Positions 27,463 through 42,400 of a stretch of 64,000 nt of DNA are shown here, piece after piece; the stretch's first letter is position 1, and every line of letters starts with the position of its first letter. Origin of the DNA: Auanema rhodensis (taxonomy: Eukaryota; Animalia; Nematoda); the NCBI GenBank assembly GCA_964057225.1, contig CAXKVF010000072.1, forward strand, positions 744,001 to 808,000, in the 5' to 3' direction. Both the position numbers and the translations under genes were made by a program. The notes beneath the pieces are model-generated. The model saw only the letters and a program-made list of their open reading frames with translations, ran no database searches and was not told the DNA's origin.

Positions 27463-29750
27463 TCACGTGTACATTTAATTAGCATAAATTAAAGTTCACG
27501 TAAATTTCAAAGTCATGGTTACCATGAACTAATATCAATAAAAATTTGTTTTTAGACTAATATGGACATGGGGAATCTAATTTTGAAAACCGCATCTCTT
27601 TATCTTTCACGTGAAGCGAGTTACATACCAAGTGCACATCACGTGTACATTTAATTAGCATAAATTAAAGTTCACGTAAATTTCAAAGTCATGGTTACCA
27701 TGCACCAATATCAATAAAAATTTGTTTTTAGACTAATATGGACATGGGGAATCTAATTTTGAAAACCGCATCTCTTTATCTTTCACGTGAAGCGAGTTAC
27801 ATACCAAGTGCACATCACGTGTACATTTAATTAGCATAAATTAAAGTTCACGTAAATTTCAAAGTCATGGTTACCATGAACCAATATCAATAAAAATTTG
27901 TTTTTAGACTAATATGGACATGGGGAATCTAATTTTGAAAACCGCATCTCTTTATCTTTCACGTGAAGCGAGTTACATACCAAGTGCACATCACGTGTAC
28001 ATTTAATTAGCATAAATTAAAGTTCACGTAAATTTCAAAGTCATGGTTACCATGAAGCAATATCAATGAAAATTTGTTTTCAGACTAATATGGACATGGG
28101 GAATCTAATTTTGTAAACCGCATCTCTTCATCTTTCACGTGAAGCGAGTTACATACCAAGTGCACATCACGTGTACATTTAATTAGCATAAATTAAAGTT
28201 CACGTAAATTTCAAAGTCATGGTTACCATGAACCAATATCAATAAAAATTTGTTTTTAGACTAATATGGACATGGGGAATCTAATTTTGAAAACCGCATC
28301 TCTTCATCTTTCACGTGAAGCGAGTTACATACCAAGTGCACATCACGTGTACATTTAATTAGCATAAATTAAAGTTCACGTAAATTTCAAAGTCATGGTT
28401 ACCATGCACCAATATCAATAAAAATTTGTTTTTAGACTAATATGGACATGGGGAATCTAATTTTGAAAACCGCATCTCTTCATCTTTCACGTGAAGCGAG
28501 TTACATACCAAGTGCACATCACGTGTACATTTAATTAGCATAAATTAAAGTTCACGTAAATTTCAAAGTCATGGTTACCATGCACCAATATCAATAAAAA
28601 TTTGTTTTTAGACTAATATGGACATGGGGAATCTAATTTTGAAAACCGCATCTCTTTATCTTTCACGTGAAGCGAGTTACATACCAAGTGCACATCACGT
28701 GTACATTTAATTAGCATAAATTAAAGTTCACGTAAATTTCAAAGTCATGGTTACCATGAACCAATATCAATAAAAATTTGTTTTTAGACTAATATGGACA
28801 TGGGGAATCTAATTTTGAAAACCGCATCTCTTCATCTTTCACGTGAAGCGAGTTACATACCAAGTGCACATCACGTGTACATTTAATTAGCATAAATTAA
28901 AGTTCACGTAAATTTCAAAGTCATGGTTACCATGCACCAATATCAATAAAAATTTGTTTTTAGACTAATATGGACATGGGGAATCTAATTTTGAAAACCG
29001 CATCTCTTTATCTTTCACGTGAAGCGAGTTACATACCAAGTGCACATCACGTGTGTATTTAATTAGCATAAATTAAAGTTCACGTAAATTTCAAAGTCAT
29101 GGTTACCATGCACCAATATCAATAAAAATTTGTTTTTAGACTAATATGGACATGGGGAATCTAATTTTGAAAACCGCATCTCTTTATCTTTCACGTGAAG
29201 CGAGTTACATACCAAGTGCACATCACGTGTACATTTAATTAGCATAAATTAAAGTTCACGTAAATTTCAAAGTCATGGTTACCATGAACCAATATCAATA
29301 AAAATTTGTTTTTAGACTAATATGGACATGGGGAATCTAATTTTGAAAACCGCATCTCTTCATCTTTCACGTGAAGCGAGTTACATACCAAGTGCACATC
29401 ACGTGTACATTTAATTAGCATAAATTAAAGTTCACGTAAATTTCAAAGTCATGGTTACCATGCACCAATATCAATAAAAATTTGTTTTTAGACTAATATG
29501 GACATGGGGAATCTAATTTTGAAAACCGCATCTCTTTATCTTTCACGTGAAGCGAGTTACATACCAAGTGCACATCACGTGTGTATTTAATTAGCATAAA
29601 TTAAAGTTCACGTAAATTTCAAAGTCATGGTTACCATGAACCAATATCAATAAAAATTTGTTTTTAGACTAATATGGACATGGGGAATCTAATTTTGAAA
29701 ACCGCATCTCTTTATCTTTCACGTGAAGCGAGTTACATACCAAGTGCACA

Positions 29751-32700
29751 TCACGTGTACATTTAATTAGCATAAATTAAAGTTCACGTAAATTTCAAAG
29801 TCATGGTTACCATGAACCAATATCAATAAAAATTTGTTTTTAGACTAATATGGACATGGGGAATCTAATTTTGAAAACCGCATCTCTTTATCTTTCACGT
29901 GAAGCGAGTTACATACCAAGTGCCCATCACGTGTACATTTAATTAGCATAAATTAAAGTTCACGTAAATTTCAAAGTCATGGTTACCATGAACCAATATC
30001 AATAAAAATTTGTTTTTAGACTAATATGGACATGGGGAATCTAATTTTGAAAACCGCATCTCTTCATCTTTCACGTGAAGCGAGTTACATACCAAGTGCA
30101 CATCACGTGTGAATTTAATTAGCATAAATTAAAGTTCACGTAAATTTCAAAGTCATGGTTACCATGAAGCAATATCAATAAAAATTTGTTTTTAGACTAA
30201 TATGGACAGGGGGAATCTAATTTTGAAAACCGCATCTCTTTATCTTTCACGTGAAGCGAGTTACATACCAAGTGCACATCACGTGTACATTTAATTAGCA
30301 TAAATTAAAGTTCACGTAAATTTCAAAGTCATGGTAACCATGCACCAATATCAATAAAAATTTGTTTTTAGACTAATATGGACATGGGGAATCTAATTTT
30401 GAAAACCGCATCTCTTTATCTTTCACGTGAAGCGAGTTACATACCAAGTGCACATCACGTGTACATTTAATTAGCATAAATTAAAGTTCACGTAAATTTC
30501 AAAGTCATGGTTACCATGAACCAATATCAATAAAAATTTGTTTTTAGACTAATATGGACATGGGGAATCTAATTTTGAAAACCGCATCTCTTTATCTTTC
30601 ACGTGAAGCGAGTTACATACCAAGTGCACATCACGTGTACATTTAATTAGCATAAATTAAAGTTCACGTAAATTTCAAAGTCATGGTTACCATGAAGCAA
30701 TATCAATAAAAATTTGTTTTTAGACTAATATGGACATGGGGAATCTAATTTTGAAAACCGCATCTCTTTATCTTTCACGTGAAGCGAGTTACATACCAAG
30801 TGCACATCACGTGTACATTTAATTAGCATAAATTAAAGTTCACGTAAATTTCAAAGTCATGGTTACCATGAACCAATATCAATAAAAATTTGTTTTTAGA
30901 CTAATATGGACATGGGGAATCTAATTTTGAAAACCGCATCTCTTCATCTTTCACGTGAAGCGAGTTACATACCAAGTGCACATCACGTGTACATTTAATT
31001 AGCATAAATTAAAGTTCACGTAAATTTCAAAGTCATGGTTACCATGCACCAATATCAATAAAAATTTGTTTTTAGACTAATATGGACATGGGGAATCTAA
31101 TTTTGAAAACCGCATCTCTTCATCTTTCACGTGAAGCGAGTTACATACCAAGTGCACATCACGTGTACATTTAATTAGCATAAATTAAAGTTCACGTAAA
31201 TTTCAAAGTCATGGTTACCATGCACCAATATCAATAAAAATTTGTTTTTAGACTAATATGGACATGGGGAATCTAATTTTGAAAACCGCATCTCTTTATC
31301 TTTCACGTGAAGCGAGTTACATACCAAATGCACATCACGTGTGTATTTAATTAGCATAAATTAAAGTTCACGTAAATTTCAAAGTCATGGTTACCATGAA
31401 CCAATATCAATAAAAATTTGTTTTTAGACTAATATGGACATGGGGAATCTAATTTTGAAAACCGCATCTCTTCATCTTTCACGTGAAGCGAGTTACATAC
31501 CAAGTGCACATCACGTGTACATTTAATTAGCATAAATTAAAGTTCACGTAAATTTCAAAGTCATGGTTACCATGCACCAATATCAATAAAAATTTGTTTT
31601 TAGACTAATATGGACATGGGGAATCTAATTTTGAAAACCGCATCTCTTTATCTTTCACGTGAAGCGAGTTACATACCAAGTGCACATCACGTGTGTATTT
31701 AATTAGCATAAATTAAAGTTCACGTAAATTTCAAAGTCATGGTTACCATGAACCAATATCAATAAAAATTTGTTTTTAGACTAATATGGACATGGGGAAT
31801 CTAATTTTGAAAACCGCATCTCTTCATCTTTCACGTGAAGCGAGTTACATACCAAGTGCACATCACGTGTACATTTAATTAGCATAAATTAAAGTTCACG
31901 TAAATTTCAAAGTCATGGTTACCATGAACCAATATCAATAAAAATTTGTTTTTAGACTAATATGGACATGGGGAATCTAATTTTGAAAACCGCATCTCTT
32001 TATCTTTCACGTGAAGCGAATTACATACCAAGTGCACATCACGTGTACATTTAATTAGCATAAATTAAAGTTCACGTAAATTTCAAAGTCATGGTTACCA
32101 TGAACCAATATCAATAAAAATTTGTTTTTAGACTAATATGGACATGGGGAATCTAATTTTGAAAACCGCATCTCTTTATCTTTCACGTGAAGCGAGTTAC
32201 ATACCAAGTGCCCATCACGTGTACATTTAATTAGCATAAATTAAAGTTCACGTAAATTTCAAAGTCATGGTTACCATGAACCAATATCAATAAAAATTTG
32301 TTTTTAGACTAATATGGACATGGGGAATCTAATTTTGAAAACCGCATCTCTTCATCTTTCACGTGAAGCGAGTTACATACCAAGTGCACATCACGTGTGA
32401 ATTTAATTAGCATAAATTAAAGTTCACGTAAATTTCAAAGTCATGGTTACCATGAAGCAATATCAATAAAAATTTGTTTTTAGACTAATATGGACAGGGG
32501 GAATCTAATTTTGAAAACCGCATCTCTTTATCTTTCACGTGAAGCGAGTTACATACCAAGTGCACATCACGTGTACATTTAATTAGCATAAATTAAAGTT
32601 CACGTAAATTTCAAAGTCATGGTAACCATGCACCAATATCAATAAAAATTTGTTTTTAGACTAATATGGACATGGGGAATCTAATTTTGAAAACCGCATC

Positions 32701-32918
32701 TCTTTATCTTTCACGTGAAGCGAGTTACATACCAAGTGCACATCACGTGTACATTTAATTAGCATAAATTAAAGTTCACGTAAATTTCAAAGTCATGGTT
32801 ACCATGAACCAATATCAATAAAAATTTGTTTTTAGACTAATATGGACATGGGGAATCTAATTTTGAAAACCGCATCTCTTTATCTTTCACGTGAAGCGAG
32901 TTACATACCAAGTGCACA
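29751..32918 (+). repeat. Block duplication at 13-monomer (2288 bp) offset: 29751-30630 = 32039-32918
   Basis: The rare variants TGCCCA, GTGTGAAT+AAGC+CAGGGG and GGTAACC+CACC occur in the same order in both copies. Confidence 0.85.
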
Positions 32919-34326
32919 TCACGTGTACATTTAATTAGCATAAATTAAAGTTCACGTAAATTTCAAAGTCATGGTTACCATGAATCAATATCAATAAAAA
33001 TTTGTTTTTAGACTAATATGGACATGGGGAATCTAATTTTGAAAACCGCATCTCTTTATCTTTCACGTGAAGCGAGTTACATACCAAGTGCACATCACGT
33101 GTACATTTAATTAGCATAAATTAAAGTTCACGTAAATTTCAAAGTCATGGTTACCATGAACCAATATCAATAAAAATTTGTTTTTAGACTAATATGGACA
33201 TGGGGAATCTAATTTTGAAAACCGCATCTCTTCATCTTTCACGTGAAGCGAGTTACATACCAAGTGCACATCACGTGTACTTTTAATTAGCATAAATTAA
33301 AGTTCACGTAAATTTCAAAGTCATGGTTACCATGAAGCAATATCAATAAAAATTTGTTTTTAGACTAATATGGACATGGGGAATCTAATTTTGAAAACCG
33401 CATCTCTTTATCTTTCACGTGAAGCGAGTTACATACCAAGTGCACATCACGTGTACATTTAATTAGCATAAATTAAAGTTCACGTAAATTTCAAAGTCAT
33501 GGTTACCATGAACCAATATCAATAAAAATTTGTTTTTAGACTAATATGGACATGGGGAATCTAATTTTGAAAACCGCATCTCTTCATCTTTCACGTGAAG
33601 CGAGTTACATACCAAGTGCACATCACGTGTACATTTAATTAGCATAAATTAAAGTTCACGTAAATTTCAAAGTCATGGTTACCATGCACCAATATCAATA
33701 AAAATTTGTTTTTAGACTAATATGGACATGGGGAATCTAATTTTGAAAACCGCATCTCTTTAACTTTCACGTGAAGCGAGTTACATACCAAGTGCACATC
33801 ACGTGTACATTTAATTAGCATAAATTAAAGTTCACGTAAATTTCAAAGTCATGGTTACCATGAAGCAATATCAATAAAAATTTGTTTTTAGACTAATATG
33901 GACATGGGGAATCTAATTTTGAAAACCGCATCTCTTTATCTTTCACGTGAAGCGAGTTACATACCAAGTGCACATCACGTGTACATTTAATTAGCATAAA
34001 TTAAAGTTCACGTAAATTTCAAAGTCATGGTTACCATGAACCAATATCAATAAAAATTTGTTTTTAGACTAATATGGACATGGGGAATCTAATTTTGAAA
34101 ACCGCATTTCTTTATCTTTCACGTGAAGCGAGTTACATACCAAGTGCACATCACGTGTACATTTAATTAGCATAAATTAAAGTTCACGTAAAATTCAAAG
34201 TCATGGTTACCATGAAGCAATATCAATAAAAATTTGTTTTTAGACTAATATGGACATGGGGAATCTAATTTTGAAAACCGCATCTCTTTATCTTTCACGT
34301 GAAGCGAGTTACATACCAAGTGCACA

Positions 34327-37300
34327 TCACGTGTACATTTAATTAGCATAAATTAAAGTTCACGTAAATTTCAAAGTCATGGTTACCATGAACCAATATC
34401 AATAAAAATTTGTTTTTAGACTAATATGGACATGGGGAATCTAATTTTGAAAACCGCATCTCTTTATCTTTCACGTGAAGCGAGTTACATACCAAGTGCA
34501 CATCACGTGTACATTTAATTAGCATAAATTAAAGTTCACGTAAATTTCAAAGTCATGGTTACCATGCACCAATATCAATAAAAATTTGTTTTTAGACTAA
34601 TATGGACATGGGGAATCTAATTTTGAAAACCGCATCTCTTTATCTTTCACGTGAAGCGAGTTACATACCAAGTGCACATCACGTGTACATTTAATTAGCA
34701 TAAATTAAAGTTCACGTAAATTTCAAAGTCATGGTTACCATGAACCAATATCAATAAAAATTTGTTTTTAGACTAATATGGACATGGGGAATCTAATTTT
34801 GAAAACCGCATCTCTTCATCTTTCACGTGAAGCGAGTTACATACCAAGTGCACATCACGTGTACATTTAATTAGCATAAATTAAAGTTCACGTATATTTC
34901 AAAGTCATGGTTACCATGAACTAATATCAATAAAAATTTGTTTTCAGACTAATATGGACATGGGGAATCTAATTTTGAAAACCGCATCTCTTTATCTTTC
35001 ACGTGAAGCGAGTTACATACCAAGTGCACATCACGTGTACATTTAATTAGCATAAATTAAAGTTCACGTAAATTTCAAAGTCATGGTTACCATGAACCAA
35101 TATCAATAAAAATTTGTTTTTAGACTAATATGGACATGGGGAATCTAATTTTGAAAACCGCATCTCTTCATCTTTCACGTGAAGCGAGTTACATACCAAG
35201 TGCACATCACGTGTACATTTAATTAGCATAAATTAAAGTTCACGTAAATTTCAAAGTCATGGTTACCATGCACCAATATCAATAAAAATTTGTTTTTAGA
35301 CTAATATGGACATGGGGAATCTAATTTTGAAAACCGCATCTCTTTATCTTTCACGTGAAGCGAGTTACATACCAAGTGCACATCACGTGTACATTTAATT
35401 AGCATAAATTAAAGTTCACGTAAATTTCAAAGTCATGGTTACCATGAACCAATATCAATAAAAATTTGTTTTTAGTTTAATATGGACATGGGGAATCTAA
35501 TTTTGAAAACCGCATCTCTTTATCTTTCACGTGAAGCGAGTTACATACCAAGTGCACATCACGTGTACATTTAATTAGCATAAATTAAAGTTCACGTAAA
35601 TTTCAAAGTCATGGTTACCATGAACCAATATCAATAAAAATTTGTTTTTAGACTAATATGGACATGGGGAATCTAATTTTGAAAACCGCATCTCTTCATC
35701 TTTCACGTGAAGCGAGTTACATACCAAGTGCACATCACGTGTACATTTAATTAGCATAAATTAAAGTTCACGTATATTTCAAAGTCATGGTTACCATGAA
35801 CTAATATCAATAAAAATTTGTTTTCAGACTAATATGGACATGGGGAATCTAATTTTGAAAACCGCATCTCTTTATCTTTCACGTGAAGCGAGTTACATAC
35901 CAAGTGCACATCACGTGTACATTTAATTAGCATAAATTAAAGTTCACGTAAATTTCAAAGTCATGGTTACCATGAACCAATATCAATAAAAATTTGTTTT
36001 TAGACTAATATGGACATGGGGAATCTAATTTTGAAAACCGCATCTCTTTATCTTTCACGTGAAGCGAGTTACATACCAAGTGCACATCACGTGTACATTT
36101 AATTAGCATAAATTAAAGTTCACGTATATTTCAAAGTCATGGTTACCATGAACTAATATCAATAAAAATTTGTTTTCAGACTAATATGGAAATGGGGAAT
36201 CTAATTTTGAAAACCGCATCTCTTTATCTTTCACGTGAAGCGAGTTACATACCAAGTGCACATCACGTGTACATTTAATTAGCATAAATTAAAGTTCACG
36301 TAAATTTCAAAGTCATGGTTACCATGAACCAATATCAATAAAAATTTGTTTTTAGACTAATATGGACATGGGGAATCTAATTTTGAAAACCGCATCTCTT
36401 TATCTTTCACGTGAAGCGAGTTACATACCAAGTGCACATCACGTGTACATTTAATTAGCATAAATTAAAGTTCACGTAAATTTCAAAGTCATGGTTACCA
36501 TGAACCAATATCAATAAAAATTTGTTTTTAGTTTAATATGGACATGGGGAATCTAATTTTGAAAACCGCATCTCTTTATCTTTCACGTGAAGCGAGTTAC
36601 ATACCAAGTGCACATCACGTGTACATTTAATTAGCATAAATTAAAGTTCACGTAAATTTCAAAGTCATGGTTACCATGAACCAATATCAATAAAAATTTG
36701 TTTTTAGACTAATATGGACATGGGGAATCTAATTTTGAAAACCGCATCTCTTTATCTTTCACGTGAAGCGAGTTACATACCAAGTGCACATCACGTGTAC
36801 ATTTAATTAGCATAAATTAAAGTTCACGTAAATTTCAAAGTCATGGTTACCATGAACCAATATCAATAAAAATTTGTTTTTAGACTAATATGGACATGGG
36901 GAATCTAATTTTGAAAACCGCATCTCTTTATCTTTCACGTGAAGCGAGTTACATACCAAGTGCACATCACGTGTACATTTAATTAGCATAAATTAAAGTT
37001 CACGTAAATTTCAAAGTCATGGTTACCATGAACCAATATCAATAAAAATTTGTTTTTAGACTAATATGGACATGGGGAATCTAATTTTGAAAACCGCATC
37101 TCTTTATGTTTCACGTGAAGCGAGTTACATACCAAGTGCACATCACGTGTACATTTAATTAGCATAAATTAAAGTTCACGTAAATTTCAAAGTCATGGTT
37201 ACCATGCACCAATATCAATAAAAATTTGTTTTTAGACTAATATGGACATGGGGAATCTAATTTTGAAAACCGCATCTCTTTATCTTTCACGTGAAGCGAG

Positions 37301-39430
37301 TTACATACCAAGTGCACATCACGTGTACATTTAATTAGCATAAATTAAAGTTCACGTAAATTTCAAAGTCATGGTTACCATGAACCAATATCAATAAAAA
37401 TTTGTTTTTAGACTAATATGGACATGGGGAATCTAATTTTGAAAACCGCATCTCTTCATCTTTCACGTGAAGCGAGTTACATACCAAGTGCACATCACGT
37501 GTACATTTAATTAGCATAAATTAAAGTTCACGTAAATTTCAAAGTCATGGTTACCATGCACCAATATCAATAAAAATTTGTTTTTAGACTAATATGGACA
37601 TGGGGAATCTAATTTTGAAAACCGCATCTCTTTATCTTTCACGTGAAGCGAGTTACATACCAAGTGCACATCACGTGTACATTTAATTAGCATAAATTAA
37701 AGTTCACGTAAATTTCAAAGTCATGGTTACCATGAACCAATATCAATAAAAATTTGTTTTTAGTTTAATATGGACCTGGGGAATCTAATTTTGAAAACCG
37801 CATCTCTTTATCTTTCACGTGAAGCGAGTTACATACCAAGTGCACATCACGTGTACATTTAATTAGCATAAATTAAAGTTCACGTAAATTTCAAAGTCAT
37901 GGTTACCATGAACCAATATCAATAAAAATTTGTTTTTAGACTAATATGGACATGGGGAATCTAATTTTGAAAACCGCATCTCTTTATCTTTCACGTGAAG
38001 CGAGTTACATACCAAGTGCACATCACGTGTACATTTAATTAGCATAAATTAAAGTTCACGTAAATTTCAAAGTCATGGTTACCATGCACCAATATCAATA
38101 AAAATTTGTTTTTAGACTAATATGGACATGGGGAATCTAATTTTGAAAACCGCATCTCTTTATCTTTCACGTGAAGCGAGTTACATACCAAGTGCACATC
38201 ACGTGTACATTTAATTAGCATAAATTAAAGTTCACGTAAATTTCAAAGTCATGGTTACCATGAACCAATATCAATAAAAATTTGTTTTTAGACTAATATG
38301 GACATGGGGAATCTAATTTTGAAAACCGCATCTCTTCATCTTTCACGTGAAGCGAGTTACATACCAAGTGCACATCACGTGTACATTTAATTAGCATAAA
38401 TTAAAGTTCACGTATATTTCAAAGTCATGGTTACCATGAACTAATATCAATAAAAATTTGTTTTCAGACTAATATGGACATGGGGAATCTAATTTTGAAA
38501 ACCGCATCTCTTTATCTTTCACGTGAAGCGAGTTACATACCAAGTGCACATCACGTGTACATTTAATTAGCATAAATTAAAGTTCACGTAAATTTCAAAG
38601 TCATGGTTACCATGAACCAATATCAATAAAAATTTGTTTTTAGACTAATATGGACATGGGGAATCTAATTTTGAAAACCGCATCTCTTCATCTTTCACGT
38701 GAAGCGAGTTACATACCAAGTGCACATCACGTGTACATTTAATTAGCATAAATTAAAGTTCACGTAAATTTCAAAGTCATGGTTACCATGCACCAATATC
38801 AATAAAAATTTGTTTTTAGACTAATATGGACATGGGGAATCTAATTTTGAAAACCGCATCTCTTTATCTTTCACGTGAAGCGAGTTACATACCAAGTGCA
38901 CATCACGTGTACATTTAATTAGCATAAATTAAAGTTCACGTAAATTTCAAAGTCATGGTTACCATGAACCAATATCAATAAAAATTTGTTTTTAGTTTAA
39001 TATGGACATGGGGAATCTAATTTTGAAAACCGCATCTCTTTATCTTTCACGTGAAGCGAGTTACATACCAAGTGCACATCACGTGTACATTTAATTAGCA
39101 TAAATTAAAGTTCACGTAAATTTCAAAGTCATGGTTACCATGAACCAATATCAATAAAAATTTGTTTTTAGACTAATATGGACATGGGGAATCTAATTTT
39201 GAAAACCGCATCTCTTCATCTTTCACGTGAAGCGAGTTACATACCAAGTGCACATCACGTGTACATTTAATTAGCATAAATTAAAGTTCACGTATATTTC
39301 AAAGTCATGGTTACCATGAACTAATATCAATAAAAATTTGTTTTCAGACTAATATGGACATGGGGAATCTAATTTTGAAAACCGCATCTCTTTATCTTTC
39401 ACGTGAAGCGAGTTACATACCAAGTGCACA
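34327..39430 (+). repeat. Block duplication at 20-monomer (3520 bp) offset: 34327-35910 = 37847-39430
   Basis: Nine consecutive monomers share the same variant order, including CGTATAT+AACT+TTCAG and TAGTTTAA. Confidence 0.8.
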
Positions 39431-42400
39431 TCACGTGTACATTTAATTAGCATAAATTAAAGTTCACGTAAATTTCAAAGTCATGGTTACCATGAACCAA
39501 TATCAATAAAAATTTGTTTTTAGTTTAATATGGACATGGGGAATCTAATTTTGAAAACCGCATCTCTTTATCTTTCACGTGAAGCGAGTTACATACCAAG
39601 TGCACATCACGTGTACATTTAATTAGCATAAATTAAAGTTCACGTAAATTTCAAAGTCATGGTTACCATGAACCAATATCAATAAAAATTTGTTTTTAGA
39701 CTAATATGGACATGGGGAATCTAATTTTGAAAACCGCATCTCTTTATCTTTCACGTGAAGCGAGTTACATACCAAGTGCACATCACGTGTACATTTAATT
39801 AGCATAAATTAAAGTTCACGTAAATTTCAAAGTCATGGTTACCATGAACCAATATCAATAAAAATTTGTTTTTAGACTAATATGGACATGGGGAATCTAA
39901 TTTTGTAAACCGCATCTCTTTATCTTTCACGTGAAGCGAGTTACATACCAAGTGCACATCACGTGTACATTTAATTAGCATAAATTAAAGTTCACGTAAA
40001 TTTCAAAGTCATGGTTACCATGAACCAATATCAATAAAAATTTGTTTTTAGACTAATATGGACATGGGGAATCTAATTTTGAAAACCGCATCTCTTCATC
40101 TTTCACGTGAAGCGAGTTACATACCAAGTGCACATCACGTGTACATTTAATTAGCATAAATTAAAGTTCACGTAAATTTCAAAGTCATGGTTACCATGCA
40201 CCAATATCAATAAAAATTTGTTTTTAGACTAATATGGACATGGGGAATCTAATTTTGAAAACCGCATCTCTTTATCTTTCACGTGAAGCGAGTTACATAC
40301 CAAGTGCACATCACGTGTACATTTAATTAGCATAAATTAAAGTTCACGTAAATTTCAAAGTCATGGTTACCATGAACCAATATCAATAAAAATTTGTTTT
40401 TAGACTAATATGGACATGGGGAATCTAATTTTGAAAACCGCATCTCTTCATCTTTCACGTGAAGCGAGTTACATGCCAAGTGCACATCACGTGTACATTT
40501 AATTAGCATAAATTAAAGTTCACGTAAATTTCAAAGTCATGGTTACCATGCACCAATATCAATAAAAATTTGTTTTTAGACTAATATGGACATGGGGAAT
40601 CTAATTTTGAAAACCGCATCTCTTTATCTTTCACGTGAAGCGAGTTACATACCAAGTGCACATCACGTGTACATTTAATTAGCATAAATTAAAGTTCACG
40701 TAAATTTCAAAGTCATGGTTACCATGAACCAATATCAATAAAAATTTGTTTTTAGACTAATATGGACATGGGGAATCTAATTTTGAAAACCGCATCTCTT
40801 CATCTTTCACGTGAAGCGAGTTACATGCCAAGTGCACATCACGTGTACATTTAATTAGCATAAATTAAAGTTCACGTAAATTTCAAAGTCATGGTAACCA
40901 TGCACCAATATCAATAAAAATTTGTTTTTAGACTAATATGGACATGGGGAATCTAATTTTGAAAACCGCATCTCTTTATCTTTCACGTGAAGCGAGTTAC
41001 ATACCAAGTGCACATCACGTGTACATTTAATTAGCATAAATTAAAGTTCACGTAAATTTCAAAGTCATGGTTACCATGAACCAATATCAATAAAAATTTG
41101 TTTTTAGACTAATATGGACATGGGGAATCTAATTTTGAAAACCGCATCTCTTTATCTTTCACGTGAAGCGAGTTACATACCAAGTGCACATCACGTGTAC
41201 ATTTAATTAGCATAAATTAAAGTTCACGTAAATTTCAAAGTCATGGTTACCATGAACCAATATCAATAAAAATTTGTTTTTAGACTAATATGGACATGGG
41301 GAATCTAATTTTGAAAACCGCATCTCTTTATCTTTCACGTGAAGCGAGTTACATACCAAGTGCACATCACGTGTACATTTAATTAGCATAAATTAAAGTT
41401 CACGTAAATTTCAAAGTCATGGTTACCATGAACCAATATCAATAAAAATTTGTTTTTAGACTAATATGGACATGGGGAATCTAATTTTGAAAACCGCATC
41501 TCTTTATCTTTCACGTGAAGCGAGTTACATACCAAGTGCACATCACGTGTACATTTAATTAGCATAAATTAAAGTTCACGTAAATTTCAAAGTCATGGTT
41601 ACCATGAACCAATATCAATAAAAATTTGTTTTTAGACTAATATGGACATGGGGAATCTAATTTTGAAAACCGCATCTCTTCATCTTTCACGTGAAGCGAG
41701 TTACATACCAAGTGCACATCACGTGTACATTTAATTAGCATAAATTAAAGTTCACGTAAATTTCAAAGTCATGGTTACCATGAACCAATATCAATAAAAA
41801 TTTGTTTTTAGACTAATATGGACATGGGGAATCTAATTTTGAAAACCGCATCTCTTTATCTTTCACGTGAAGCGAGTTACATACCAAGTGCACATCACGT
41901 GTACATTTAATTAGCATAAATTAAAGTTCACGTAAATTTCAAAGTCATGGTTACCATGAAGCAATATCAATAAAAATTTGTTTTTAGACTAATATGGACA
42001 TGGGGAATCTAATTTCGAAAACCGCATCTCTTTATCTTTCACGTGAAGCGAGTTACATACCAAGTGCACATCACGTGTACATTTAATTAGCATAAATTAA
42101 AGTTCACGTAAATTTCAAAGTCATGGTTACCATGAAGCAATATCAATAAAAATTTGTTTTTAGACTAATATGGACATGGGGAATCTAATTTTGAAAACCG
42201 CATCTCTTCATCTTTCACGTGAAGCGAGTTACATACCAAGTGCACATCACGTGTACATTTAATTAGCATAAATTAAAGTTCACGTAAATTTCAAAGTCAT
42301 GGTTACCATGAACCAATATCAATAAAAATTTGTTTTTAGACTAATATGGACATGGGGAATCTAATTTTGAAAACCGCATCTCTTCATCTTTCACGTGAAG

